From IMG/VR virus record IMGVR_UViG_3300024046_000025, positions 1 through 64,000 of that record: a DNA stretch of 64,000 nt; one strand, written 5' to 3'. The number at the start of each line of letters is the position of its first letter. Within the stretch, counting starts at the first letter, position 1. This DNA is from a virus. Taxonomy: Duplodnaviria; Caudoviricetes. This document shows, one piece after another, positions 43,759 to 53,936 of the stretch. The notes beneath the pieces were generated by a model that saw nothing but the letters and a program-made list of their open reading frames with translations, did not search any database and was not told where the DNA came from. The position numbers were made by a program, and so were the translations under genes.

Positions 43759-44382
43759 ATGTCCGGACCCTGGAACGACTTCAACTCCGCGCAATCGAAT
43801 ACCAACGTCATCCCGAAAGGCACGCTCGCCAAGGTGCGCTTGACGCTGCGTCCCGGCGGCTTCGACGATCCCTCGCAGGGCTGGACCGGTGGCTGGGCGC
43901 GCCGGGCGGCTACCGGCGCCGTCTACCTCGACGCCGATTACACGGTGCTCGAAGGGCCCTATGCCCGGCGCAAGATCTGGTCGCTGATCGGCCTCTATAG
44001 CCCGAAGGGTCCGGACTGGGCGAACATGGGTCGCGGGCTGATCCGCGGGATCCTCAACTCGGCGCGCGGCGTGTCCGACAAGGACAACTCGCCCGAGGCG
44101 CAGGCCCGCCGCCGCATCAACGGGTTCGGCGATCTCGACGGGATCGAGTTCGTCGCCCGCATCGACATCGGCACCGACACCAACGGCGAGGACAAGAACG
44201 AGATCCGCGCCGCGGTCACCCCCGACCATCGCGACTACGCCGCGCTGATGGGCGCGGTCGCGCCGCAGCTCGCAGCCGCCCCCGCGCAGGGCCTCGCCCC
44301 GCAGCAGCCCGCGACGTCCTCCCAGCCCGGCCAGCCCGCTTCCGCCCCCGGCGTCGCCGGTCGGCCGAGCTGGGCGCAGTAA
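43759..44382 (+). CDS. Putative ssDNA-binding protein
   Basis: IPKGTLAKV OB-like N-terminus, flexible tail ending RPSWAQ. Confidence 0.65.
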   Translation: MSGPWNDFNSAQSNTNVIPKGTLAKVRLTLRPGGFDDPSQGWTGGWARRAATGAVYLDADYTVLEGPYARRKIWSLIGLYSPKGPDWANMGRGLIRGILNSARGVSDKDNSPEAQARRRINGFGDLDGIEFVARIDIGTDTNGEDKNEIRAAVTPDHRDYAALMGAVAPQLAAAPAQGLAPQQPATSSQPGQPASAPGVAGRPSWAQ

Positions 44383-44396
44383 GGAGGAGACCGGCC

Positions 44397-46085
44397 ATGC
44401 GCCTGCGCCCCCGCCAGAAGACCTTCGTCGAGCGCAGCGTGGCTGCGCTCGCCTCCCACGGCAACACGCTGGGTGTGGCGCCCACCGGCGCCGGCAAGAC
44501 CATCATGCTCTCGGCGGTCACCGGCGAGATGATCGGCAACGGGGCCAAGGCCTGCGTGCTGGCGCATCGCGATGAGCTGACGGCGCAGAACCGCGCCAAG
44601 TTCCAGCGCGTGGTGCCGGGCGTCGCCACCTCGGTGATCGATGCGACGGAAAAGTCCTGGGGCGGCCAGGTCGCCTTCGCCATGGTGCCGACGCTGGCGC
44701 GGGCCTCGAACCTCGCCGACATGCCGCGCCTCGACCTGCTGGTCGTGGATGAGGCGCACCATGCCGTCGCCGACAGCTACCGGCGCATTATCGACCGGGT
44801 GCGCGAGGCCAATCCCGATGCCCGGATCTTCGGGGTTACGGCGACACCGAGCCGGGGCGACAGGAAGGGGCTGCGAGAAGTCTTCGACAATGTCGCCGAC
44901 CAGGTGCGTTTGGGCGAACTGATCGCCTCGGGCCATCTGGTGCCGCCGCGCACCTTCGTCATCGACGTGGGCGTGCAGGACGAGCTGCGCTCCGTCCGCA
45001 AGACGATGTCGGATTTCGACATGGCCGAGGTGGCGGGCATCATGGACCGCGCCCCCGTCACCGATGAGGTGATCCGGCACTGGAAGGAGAAGGCGGGCGA
45101 CCGGCAGACCGTGGTGTTCTGCTCCACCATCGCCCATGCCGGGCACGTCACCGAGGCGTTCAGGGCGGCAGGCATTTCCGCCGCGCTGATCCATGGCGAT
45201 CTGGCGGCCGAGACCCGCAAGGCGCTCCTCACCAGCTATGCGGCGGGCGACATTCGCGTCGTCGTCAACGTGGCTGTGCTGACCGAGGGCTGGGATCACC
45301 CGCCCACCTCCTGCGTCGTGCTGCTGCGCCCCAGCTCCTACAAGTCCACCATGATCCAGATGGTCGGGCGCGGCCTGCGCACCGTCGATCCCGAGGAACA
45401 CCCCGGTATCGTCAAGACGGACTGCATCGTCCTCGACTTAGGCACTTCGAGCCTGATCCACGGCACGCTGGAACAGGATGTCGATCTCGACGGCAAGATC
45501 GCATCGGGCGAAGCACCGACGAAGACCTGTCCTGCCTGTGAGGCGGAGATTCCGCTGGCCGTCACCGAATGCCCGCTCTGCGGCGAGGCGTTCCCGCGCG
45601 AAGATCCTGGCGCGGGCGAAGGTGGTGGCACCGCGCCGCTCTCCGGCTTCATGATGACCGAGATCGATCTCCTGAAGCGGTCCAGCTTCGCATGGGTCGA
45701 TCTCTTCGGCACGGACGATGCGCTGATGGCCACCGGCTTCACGGCCTGGGGCGGCATCTTCTGGTTGGACGGGGTCTGGTACGCGATCGGCGGGGCGAAG
45801 GGGGAACGCCCGCGACTGCTGGGCGTGGGCGAGCGCACGGTCTGCCTCGCGCAGGCGGACGACTGGCTCAACACCCACGAAAGCGACGAGAGCGCCTTCA
45901 AGACCCGCTCCTGGCTGCGGCAGCCGCCGACGGAAAAGCAGCTGCAATACCTGCCGCCCGAGTGCCGACACGACTTCGGCGTGACGCGCTATCGCGCCTC
46001 GGCGCTGATGACCTTCGGCTTCAACAAACGGGCCGTCCGTCAGCTGATCGGTGCGGCGGCCGCTCCCGAACGGAGGGCGGCATGA
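44397..46085 (+). CDS. SF2 DEAD/DEAH helicase
   Basis: APTGAGKT, VDEAHH, TATP, QMVGRGLR, Zn ribbon CPAC..CPLC. Confidence 0.92.
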   Translation: MRLRPRQKTFVERSVAALASHGNTLGVAPTGAGKTIMLSAVTGEMIGNGAKACVLAHRDELTAQNRAKFQRVVPGVATSVIDATEKSWGGQVAFAMVPTLARASNLADMPRLDLLVVDEAHHAVADSYRRIIDRVREANPDARIFGVTATPSRGDRKGLREVFDNVADQVRLGELIASGHLVPPRTFVIDVGVQDELRSVRKTMSDFDMAEVAGIMDRAPVTDEVIRHWKEKAGDRQTVVFCSTIAHAGHVTEAFRAAGISAALIHGDLAAETRKALLTSYAAGDIRVVVNVAVLTEGWDHPPTSCVVLLRPSSYKSTMIQMVGRGLRTVDPEEHPGIVKTDCIVLDLGTSSLIHGTLEQDVDLDGKIASGEAPTKTCPACEAEIPLAVTECPLCGEAFPREDPGAGEGGGTAPLSGFMMTEIDLLKRSSFAWVDLFGTDDALMATGFTAWGGIFWLDGVWYAIGGAKGERPRLLGVGERTVCLAQADDWLNTHESDESAFKTRSWLRQPPTEKQLQYLPPECRHDFGVTRYRASALMTFGFNKRAVRQLIGAAAAPERRAA

Positions 46086-46088
46086 TCC

Positions 46089-46499
46089 ATGACCACCTCC
46101 ACCCTGATCACTGCCGAGGAGCGGCGGCGACTCTGGCATCCGCGTGGAACGCTCTGTGCTGTCTGCCGGCAACCCACCCATGGTTTTGGCTGGTCCGATC
46201 CGTTCCGGTCGAACCAGCCCCGGCCCTCGGTCTGGTTCTGCTCGATGTCCTGCCAGGGTTTCTGGACCCGCTTGGCGCGGCGGCGTGTCGCCATGGTTGA
46301 CCTGACCGAGGAGGAACGTGCCGCCATCACCGCCACGATGAATCGTGTGGCGCTGCTGATGGACGAGATCGGCTGGGCGACCCCGCTCGCCGATCTGACC
46401 GAGGCGCAGGTGCGCGCGCTGATCGAGGAGGCCGTCGAGGGCTTTCGCGAGGCCATGTCCGATATCGCCCGGGCGCAGACGCCGGAGGTGCCGTTCTGA
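46089..46499 (+). CDS. DUF6511-like protein
   Basis: CAVC..FGW..FCSMSCQ plus MVDLTEEE helical domain. Confidence 0.7.
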   Translation: MTTSTLITAEERRRLWHPRGTLCAVCRQPTHGFGWSDPFRSNQPRPSVWFCSMSCQGFWTRLARRRVAMVDLTEEERAAITATMNRVALLMDEIGWATPLADLTEAQVRALIEEAVEGFREAMSDIARAQTPEVPF

Positions 46500-47266
46500 T
46501 GCTGGATTTCAACCACCGCCCCAGCTTCGCAGACCGGGTCAATGTCGCTGTAGATCAGGCGCTGACCGCCGATCAGGCGATGCGCCCGTCGCGCGACTAT
46601 CTCGGGGGCTCGCGCCTCGGCCATGCCTGCGAGCGCGCCCTGCAGTTCGAGTTCACCGCGACGCCGAAGGACGATGGCCAGGAGTTCACCGGCCAGGCGC
46701 TGCGCATCTTCGCCATCGGCCATGCGCTGGAGGATGTGGCGGTGGTCTGGCTGCGCGGCGCGGGCTTCGATCTCTATACGCGCAAGGGCCACCGTCCCGA
46801 TGGCGGTCAGTTCGGCTTCTCGGTCGCGGGCGGGCGCATCCGCGGCCATGTCGATGGCATCATCGCCGCCGGACCCGAGGGCTTCGGTCTCGTCGTTCCC
46901 GCGCTCTGGGAATGCAAGACCATGAACGCGAAGAACTGGCGTGCCTGCGTCAAGGACGGCGTGACGAAGTCGAAGCCGGTCTACGCCGCCCAGATCGCGC
47001 TCTACCAGGCCTACATGGAAGGGACCGTCCCCGGCATCTCGGCCGCGCCCGCAGTGTTCACCGCAATCAACAAGGACACCGCCGAGCTTCATCACGAACT
47101 GGTCCCGTTCGATGCCGATCTCGCACAGCGCATGTCGGATCGAGGCGTGCGGATCCTGCAGGCGACCGACGCAGGCGAGTTTCTGCCGCGCATCGCCGCC
47201 AATCGCGACTTCTTCGAATGCCGCTTCTGCCCGTGGGCCGAACGCTGCTGGGGGCTCCCGGCATGA
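46499..47266 (+). CDS. PD-(D/E)xK exonuclease (Cas4/RecB-like)
   Basis: YLGGSRLGHACER, GHVDG, WECKT, CRFCPW. Confidence 0.85.
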   Translation: MLDFNHRPSFADRVNVAVDQALTADQAMRPSRDYLGGSRLGHACERALQFEFTATPKDDGQEFTGQALRIFAIGHALEDVAVVWLRGAGFDLYTRKGHRPDGGQFGFSVAGGRIRGHVDGIIAAGPEGFGLVVPALWECKTMNAKNWRACVKDGVTKSKPVYAAQIALYQAYMEGTVPGISAAPAVFTAINKDTAELHHELVPFDADLAQRMSDRGVRILQATDAGEFLPRIAANRDFFECRFCPWAERCWGLPA

Positions 47267-49578
47267 GCGACGACAACATCCTCCACTTCAACCCCTGGCG
47301 GGATTTCAACGACGCGCCGCCGCTGCCCGATCCCTTCGCGGTCGAACCGGATGCGAGCCAGATCGCCCGCTTCGTCTACGTGGTCTTCGGCTACTCCGAG
47401 GGTCTGATCCCGGTTCGCGGCTTCGTCGACAAGGGTCAAGGCAAGGACGGCCGCCCGCACAACATCTGGATCGAGGCAGATGCCACGGCGCCCGAGAAGC
47501 TCGCGACCTTCGCGGGCTGGGCTGCGCGAGAAGGCGCCGCAGTCTATGTCATCCCCGGCACGGTCGTGGAGACCGGTCAGGCTCGCGCCGCCGACGTGAT
47601 GCAGATGCAGAGCCTCGTGGTCGATCTCGACTCGGGCGACATCCCCGCCAAGCTCGATCACCTCGTCCATCATCTCGGCCGTCCGACGCTGATCGTCGAG
47701 AGCGGTGGGCGCACGCTCAAGGGCGCGACCAAGCTCCATGTCTGGTGGCAACTGACCGAGCCGGCGGAAGGCGCGGACCTCGCCATGCTCTGCCAGCTTC
47801 GCGGCGAGATCGCACTGAAAGTCGGCGGCGACACGCATTTCCGCTCGGCCCACCAGCCTATCCGCGTCCCCGGCACCGTCTATCACAAGGGCGGGTTGAC
47901 CCGGCTCGTGCAGATCCGCGAGGCGACCGGGATGGAGGTCGATCTCGCCGAGATGGCCGAGCGCGTCGCCGACATGCCGCCCATGCCCGGCATCGGCATG
48001 GCCACGGCCGAGCCGCGCCAGAAACCCGCCATCGACGACGTGCTGGTGACGCCGGTCCACGAAGGTGGCGCGGACGACTGGTCCCGTTTCGAGGGCGCCT
48101 CAGCCGCCATCGGCTATTTCCTGCGCCTCGTCCATGAGGGCCGGATGTCGATGGACGAGGGCTGGACGGCGATCTGCGGCTACAACGCCGCGATACTGCG
48201 TCCGTCCTGGCCGCTCGACCGGCTGAAGCGCGAGACGAACCGCCTGTGGGAGTTGCACATCAAGCGGCACGGACCGCCGCTCCTTCGCCTTGACAGCGCG
48301 ATGACGGTACCGGCCGATCTTCCGACCTTCAGTCTCGGCGCGCTGCTCGATGACACGAGCCCGATGCCCGAGGACATCATCGGCCCGCGTGTCCTGACCC
48401 CGGGCGGGCTTCTGGTGCTGGGCGGCGCTCCGAAGGTCGGCAAGAGCGACTTCCTGATCTCCTGGCTCGTGCACATGGCGGCGGGCGTGCCGTTCCTCGG
48501 CTTTACGCCGCCCCGGCCGCTGCGCGTGTTCTACCTGCAGGCCGAAATCCAGTATCACTATCTGCGCGAGCGCATGCAGCAGATCGCACTGCCCGCCACC
48601 GTGATCGCCGCCGCGCGCGACACCTTCATCGCCACGCCGAAACTCAGGCTGCTCCTCGACGCCAAGGGCGTCGCCCGCGTGGCCGAGGCAATCCGGGCGG
48701 CATTTCCGGACGCGCCGCCCGACATCATCGTCATCGACCCGATCCGCAACCTCTTCGACGGTGGCCCCGACGGCGGCGGCGAGAACGACAACGCCGCCAT
48801 GATGTTCTTCCTGAAGGATCGGGTGGAGTCCCTGCGCGAGGCGATCAATCCGGAGGCGGGCGTCATCCTCGCCCACCACACGCGCAAGGCCACCAGGCAA
48901 CAGGTCAAGGACGATCCCTTCCTCGCTCTTTCCGGCGCCAGCGCGCTGCGCGGTTTCTACACCACCGGCCTGTTGATGCACCTTCCCGACGAGGACAGCT
49001 CCGTCCGCAGGCTCGAGATCGAGCTGCGCAACGGACCTGCGCTGCCGGGAAAGCTGATCGACAAGGTGAAGGGCGAATGGGTCGAGCTAAACCCGATGAA
49101 CGAGCGCCTTGTGCGCAAGGAGGTCGGTGCCAGGTTCGATGCCGAACGTCTGCGCAAGCATGACGTCATTCTCGGCATGTTGCTGGACGAGGCGGCCAGC
49201 GAACGCCTCTACACCGCGATGCAGTTCGCGGAAAAGTTCGAGAACCGAAGCGGTCTGGGCAGCAAGCACACCATCCGCGAGCGCCTCAGCGTGCTGGCGA
49301 CCAAGGGCTTCGTGAAGTTCCTGCGCGATCCCTCCGGCTTCGGTTTCCCCATCACCCGGTCGCGCTTCGGCTATCTCTGCGTCGAGGGCATGCAGTTCGG
49401 CGCGCCCGTCGAACATGTCGATCCAACCAATGGCGAAGTCACCACACAGGTCCGCCAGGTTCTTCCCAGTCACTTCAAATGCCCCCAATCCGGGCTTTGC
49501 CTTCAGGTCGAGAACCCTGCCGTCTGGGTCTACCCGGACGGGCTCGAAGACGACCTTACTCATATGAGTGAGGCCTGA
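47263..49578 (+). CDS. Primase (RepB-like AEP) - AAA/SF4 helicase fusion
   Basis: VVDLD, ESGG..KLHVWW, IRVPGT; GAPKVGKS, VIDP, AHHTRK. Confidence 0.85.
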   Translation: MSDDNILHFNPWRDFNDAPPLPDPFAVEPDASQIARFVYVVFGYSEGLIPVRGFVDKGQGKDGRPHNIWIEADATAPEKLATFAGWAAREGAAVYVIPGTVVETGQARAADVMQMQSLVVDLDSGDIPAKLDHLVHHLGRPTLIVESGGRTLKGATKLHVWWQLTEPAEGADLAMLCQLRGEIALKVGGDTHFRSAHQPIRVPGTVYHKGGLTRLVQIREATGMEVDLAEMAERVADMPPMPGIGMATAEPRQKPAIDDVLVTPVHEGGADDWSRFEGASAAIGYFLRLVHEGRMSMDEGWTAICGYNAAILRPSWPLDRLKRETNRLWELHIKRHGPPLLRLDSAMTVPADLPTFSLGALLDDTSPMPEDIIGPRVLTPGGLLVLGGAPKVGKSDFLISWLVHMAAGVPFLGFTPPRPLRVFYLQAEIQYHYLRERMQQIALPATVIAAARDTFIATPKLRLLLDAKGVARVAEAIRAAFPDAPPDIIVIDPIRNLFDGGPDGGGENDNAAMMFFLKDRVESLREAINPEAGVILAHHTRKATRQQVKDDPFLALSGASALRGFYTTGLLMHLPDEDSSVRRLEIELRNGPALPGKLIDKVKGEWVELNPMNERLVRKEVGARFDAERLRKHDVILGMLLDEAASERLYTAMQFAEKFENRSGLGSKHTIRERLSVLATKGFVKFLRDPSGFGFPITRSRFGYLCVEGMQFGAPVEHVDPTNGEVTTQVRQVLPSHFKCPQSGLCLQVENPAVWVYPDGLEDDLTHMSEA

Positions 49579-49785
49579 CTCATATGTCTTCACCAACTTT
49601 GCATTCAACGAAATCAACGGGTTGCGGGAAAACAAGACTTTGGCCCCGAACTCATGCCCGAAGACTTCATGAAGTCTTGTTCCGCAATGAAATCAACCTG
49701 TTGGCTGTCGCGGAACAGTCAGGTGCAAAACCCCCATACTACGTATGGGGCGGCCACCCGTCAGGGTTGGCCTCGCCCCATACGT
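49558..49785. repeat. Cluster of palindromes (candidate origin)
   Basis: ACTCATATGAGT, AAGACTTCATGAAGTCTT, CCCCATAC-TAC-GTATGGGG, repeated GAAATCAAC. Confidence 0.55.
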
Positions 49786-49912
49786 CGCGGGGCCTCGCGC
49801 GCCTCCGCCCATGCCTTCTCCCACCCGATCCGACGACGGCGGCCCCGTACCGCCAAGCACCAGACCGCCGTCGTCTTCCACCACCACAAGCCACCGGCAA
49901 AGGAGGCCCATC

Positions 49913-50452
49913 ATGGCTCAGCCGACTCTGATCCCGAATTCCGACGGCGCAAGGTTTGAATCGCTGCCGCTCGCCACGCCCCGAAACCGCTGCATCCTTG
50001 CGCTCGACCTCGGCACCTCGACCGGCTGGGCGCTGCGCGGCCAAGACGGTCTGATCACCAGCGGCACCGTCTCGCTTCGTCCCGGCCGCTTCGATGGCGG
50101 CGGCATGCGTTATCTGCGCTTCACCAACTGGCTGACCGAGATCGATCGGCTGTCCGGCCCCGTCGCAGCGATCTGGTTCGAGGAGGTCCGCCGCCACGCC
50201 GGCACCGACGCGAGCCACATCTACGGCGGGCTCATGGCGACGCTGACCGCATGGGCCGAACTGCGCGGTGTGCCCTACGAGGGCGTGCCGGTCGGCACGA
50301 TCAAGCATCACGCAACGGCCAGGGGCAATGCCGACAAGGCCGCAATGATCGCCGCCGTCCGCGCCCGCGGCTTCAGCCCTGTCGACGACAACGAGGCGGA
50401 CGCCATCGCGATCCTGCTCTGGGCGATCGAGACGAACGGGGGTGTCGCATGA
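49913..50452 (+). CDS. RuvC-like Holliday junction resolvase
   Basis: ILALDLGTSTGWA, WFEEV, DNEADA. Confidence 0.8.
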   Translation: MAQPTLIPNSDGARFESLPLATPRNRCILALDLGTSTGWALRGQDGLITSGTVSLRPGRFDGGGMRYLRFTNWLTEIDRLSGPVAAIWFEEVRRHAGTDASHIYGGLMATLTAWAELRGVPYEGVPVGTIKHHATARGNADKAAMIAAVRARGFSPVDDNEADAIAILLWAIETNGGVA

Positions 50453-50649
50453 GGTGGTATCCCAAAGGCTACGGCGGCGAACGCCGGGATCCCGAGCAGG
50501 TCAAACGCGAGGGCTGGCAGGAAGAGGGCCTCCTTGCGGTCTCCGCCGATGATGACCGTCTCACCTGGCCCGAGCGTGAGCTGGTCCGGCAGTTGGGCGA
50601 GAAGCTCTACGGCCCGCGCCCCTCGGAAAGGGAGGCACGCCATGGCTGA
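50449..50649 (+). CDS. Hypothetical protein
   Basis: ATGA overlap. Confidence 0.7.
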   Translation: MRWYPKGYGGERRDPEQVKREGWQEEGLLAVSADDDRLTWPERELVRQLGEKLYGPRPSEREARHG

Positions 50650-51022
50650 CCGCATCTGGACCGCCGACGATGTCGCCGACCATTTCGAGGAGGCGTTCCG
50701 CACCCTGCGCAAGCTGCCGCCGGTGAAGGTGCAGGGCTATTTCAACACCTGGCCGGAGATCGTGCGAACGAGTCGCGAGATCGCCTTCATGGAACCCGAG
50801 CCGATGCGCGTCTGGCCCTCGGCCGCCGCGATCACCCGGCTCGAGCAGACCTTCGACTGGGTGCTCTGGATCGAGGAGGCGGAGCGCAAGCTGGTCTGGT
50901 CTCGCGCCGCCCGCGTGCCGTGGAAGCAGATCAGCGGCGAGCTCGGCTGCGACCGCACCACCGCATGGCGGCGCTGGCAGCTCGCGCTCACAAAGATCGC
51001 GGCACGGCTGAATGCGCAGTGA
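50642..51022 (+). CDS. DUF6362-like protein (putative late-gene regulator)
   Basis: TLRKLP..YFNTWP, sigma-R4-like end WKQISGELGCDRTTAWRRW. Confidence 0.7.
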   Translation: MADRIWTADDVADHFEEAFRTLRKLPPVKVQGYFNTWPEIVRTSREIAFMEPEPMRVWPSAAAITRLEQTFDWVLWIEEAERKLVWSRAARVPWKQISGELGCDRTTAWRRWQLALTKIAARLNAQ

Positions 51023-51171
51023 CTCCAATGTGTTGCAACACTTTTCCCTTCGACATCTGCAACATGATCGTGCTATCCGAAGGACAAGATGGGGAGAGTG
51101 CGCCGAAGGGCTCGCTCTCCCCTTTGCATTGATGCGCCTCGCGCCGAAGCCGGCACGTCGGGCGAGTTCGC

Positions 51172-51215
51172 GGGTCCTTCCTCGCGAAAACCGTATGCTG
51201 GCGGGCGAAGCGCGG
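51172..51215 (+). other. Candidate lambda-type cos site (cosQ/cosN-like)
   Basis: GGGTCCT (= lambda cosQ) followed about 21 bp later by TGGCGGGCGAAGCGCG. Confidence 0.55.
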
Positions 51216-51367
51216 CGCATCGCCAGCGACAGGGCCGGATTTTTGGGAAGCCACCCGGAAGCCGGAGTCGCCTGAACCCGCCTGAAACACTGCAAATTCA
51301 AACCCTTGATGCTGGACTCCGGGGGCCGGAAGCCAAGGGTATCCACCCGACCGAGGAACCACGCCAC

Positions 51368-52750
51368 ATGACGCTGAGCTTCTCCCCGGACGCGATCGAG
51401 ATGTGGCCGCTGTCGCGCCTGCAGCCCTACGCGAAGAACGCGAAAGCACATGGCGCGGACCAGGTCGTGAAGATCGCCGCCAGCATGGCCGAGTTCGGCT
51501 GGACCGTGCCGTGCCTGGTGGCAGAGGACGGGGAGCTGATCGCTGGCCATGGACGGGTGCTGGCCGCGACGCAGCTGGGGCTGACGGAAGCGCCAGTGAT
51601 TGTGCTGGGTCACCTGACCGAGGCGCAGCGCCGGGCCTATCGCATCGCGGACAACAAGCTGACGGAACTGGGCAACTGGGACGAGGCGCTGCTGTCGGCG
51701 GAACTGAACGAGTTGCTGGCCGAGGATTTCGACCTGTCGCTGGTCGGCTTCTCGGATGGCGAGTTGGACAAACTCTTGGCATTCGTGCCGGAGGGGGACA
51801 GTGAAGACAGTGGCGCCGGAGGCTCCGTGCCGCCGGTGACCATCCCCGAGCCGCCGCGCAACCCGGCGTCGCGCACCGGCGATCTCTGGATCCTTGGTGA
51901 GCATCGTCTGTTCTGCGGTGACGCGACCTCCAATGCCGATGTCCGCCGTCTGATGAACGGCGAGCGCGCGGTGCTGTTCGCCACCGATCCGCCGTACCTC
52001 GTCGATTACGACGGCTCCAACCATCCGACGCGCAACAAGGACTGGTCGGCGTCCTACGGCACGACCTGGGACGACAGTTCTCAGGGCGCGGAGCTCTACG
52101 ACGGCTTCATCGCTGCGGCGGTGGCCGAGGCGATCACCGAGGATGCGGCGTGGTATTGCTGGCACGCTTCCCGCCGCCAGGCGATGCTTGAGGCCTGCTG
52201 GGAGAAGGCGGGCGCCTTCGTGCACCAGCAGATCATCTGGGTGAAGGATCGCGGAGTTCTGACCCGGTCGCATTACCTCTGGAAGCACGAGCCCTGCTTC
52301 ATGGGCTGGCGCAGACCGAACCGCCCGCCAAAGGTGGCCGAGGAAACGCTGCCATCGACATGGGCGCTGCCGAACTTTGCCAAGGACGACCGGCCCGACC
52401 ACCCGACGCCAAAGCCGCTGGACGCCTTCGGGATCCCGATGCGCCAGCATGTGGCGCGGGGCGGGCTCTGCTACGAGCCGTTCTCGGGCTCCGGGTCGCA
52501 GATCATGGCGGGCGAGGCGAACGGCCGCCGCGTCTTCGCGATGGAGATCAGCCCGGCCTATGTCGACGTGGCCGTCGAGCGCTGGCAGGCTGAGACCGAC
52601 AAGGACGCAATCCTCGACGGTGACGGGCGGACCTTCGCGCAGGTGAAAGCCGAGCGGCTGGGCGACGACGCTGAAGCCCCGGCCGATGCCGCAGCCCCGG
52701 ACGCCGACACCGCCCCAGAACCCGCCCGCAAACGCAAATCCGCAGCCTGA
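51368..52750 (+). CDS. ParB-like domain / N6A-N4C DNA methyltransferase fusion
   Basis: LIAGHGR..AYRIADNKL; TDPPY; HPTPKP; YEPFSGSGS. Confidence 0.92.
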   Translation: MTLSFSPDAIEMWPLSRLQPYAKNAKAHGADQVVKIAASMAEFGWTVPCLVAEDGELIAGHGRVLAATQLGLTEAPVIVLGHLTEAQRRAYRIADNKLTELGNWDEALLSAELNELLAEDFDLSLVGFSDGELDKLLAFVPEGDSEDSGAGGSVPPVTIPEPPRNPASRTGDLWILGEHRLFCGDATSNADVRRLMNGERAVLFATDPPYLVDYDGSNHPTRNKDWSASYGTTWDDSSQGAELYDGFIAAAVAEAITEDAAWYCWHASRRQAMLEACWEKAGAFVHQQIIWVKDRGVLTRSHYLWKHEPCFMGWRRPNRPPKVAEETLPSTWALPNFAKDDRPDHPTPKPLDAFGIPMRQHVARGGLCYEPFSGSGSQIMAGEANGRRVFAMEISPAYVDVAVERWQAETDKDAILDGDGRTFAQVKAERLGDDAEAPADAAAPDADTAPEPARKRKSAA

Positions 52751-52754
52751 GGCC

Positions 52755-53936
52755 ATGCATGACCTGGCTCTACCTTCCTCCGGACGCGCTTCCGGAGCCG
52801 GAGACGCATGCCTGTTCGGCCTCTCCCTCTGCTCCGGCGCGGGCGGGCTCGACCTCGGACTCGCCATCGCCATCCCCAGATATCGTGCTGTGGGCCATGT
52901 CGAACGGGAAACCTACGCCGCAGCCATCCTCGTGGCGCGGATGGAAGACGCGTCCCTGGATCCGGCACCTGTCTGGGACGACGTTGGAACCTTCGACGGC
53001 CGCCCGTGGCGCGGCACGGTGGACATCATCACTGCGGGCTATCCGTGCCAGCCGTTCTCCGTCGCGGGCAAACGCCGGGGCGCCGGCGATCCGCGCCATA
53101 TCTGGCCACATGTCGCCCGGATCATCGGCGAGGTCGAGCCGCCCTTCGTCTTCCTCGAGAACGTCGCCCATCATCTCCGCCTCGGCTTTCCTGAAGTCGC
53201 CAGCGGACTGGTCGGCATGGGCTACCACCTTGCGGCAGGCCTCTTCACGGCGGCGGAAGTCGGCGCGCCCCACAGGCGTGAGCGGCTCTTCATCCTCGCG
53301 ATCCGCGAGGGAGATGAACTGGCCAACCCCGCGCGCCTGCTCTGGAACCCGGTCGAGTGGCGGCAACCGGACCGAATTGCTGCAGCTCTGGCCGACGCCC
53401 CGGGCCAGCGCGAACGAGAACCGGCAGACGAAGCCGACGCCCTCGCAGGAAGTGGGTCAGCACGGGATGAACCTCGCGACGACGGCGGCGTTATGGCCGA
53501 CGCCGCAGACCGACAGTTTTCGCAGCCGGGGTGGCGACCGAAAGGACGAGAAGGGCCTGGACCGCATGGCGCGGGACTGGCCGACGCCGATGGCGAACGA
53601 CGGGTGCAAGCCGAGCGCCGGCAACCGCCGGACGGCCGACCTGACCCATGCGGCGGGGATATGGATGACGCCGACGGCGCGCGACCACAAGGATGGGGCG
53701 ACGACGTTGGTGAATACGCCGGTGAACGGCCTGCTTGGCCGCCAGGTCCTGGTGACGCCCATGGCTGGGAACGATATCTCCGAAGCGCGCCGGACCTTGA
53801 ACCCGCTGTTCGTCGAGGCGCTGATGGGCTGGCCCACCGGGTGGACCGGCTTCGGCTCTGTGGCAACGGAGTGGTCCCGCTGGTTGCGGCGCATGCGCTC
53901 AGAACTCTTGCAGCTGAATTGCTGGCCGATGGGTGA
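52755..53936 (+). CDS. C5 cytosine methyltransferase, alpha polypeptide (motifs I-VIII and X)
   Basis: LCSGAGG, AGYPCQPFS, FLENV, APHRRERLF, RLRLCGNGVVP. Confidence 0.9.
   Translation: MHDLALPSSGRASGAGDACLFGLSLCSGAGGLDLGLAIAIPRYRAVGHVERETYAAAILVARMEDASLDPAPVWDDVGTFDGRPWRGTVDIITAGYPCQPFSVAGKRRGAGDPRHIWPHVARIIGEVEPPFVFLENVAHHLRLGFPEVASGLVGMGYHLAAGLFTAAEVGAPHRRERLFILAIREGDELANPARLLWNPVEWRQPDRIAAALADAPGQREREPADEADALAGSGSARDEPRDDGGVMADAADRQFSQPGWRPKGREGPGPHGAGLADADGERRVQAERRQPPDGRPDPCGGDMDDADGARPQGWGDDVGEYAGERPAWPPGPGDAHGWERYLRSAPDLEPAVRRGADGLAHRVDRLRLCGNGVVPLVAAHALRTLAAELLADG

Noticed and set aside
46499-47266. Cas4-like nuclease suggesting CRISPR
   Set aside because: Lies in a phage recombination operon; no cas1/cas2 and no repeat-spacer array seen in the window
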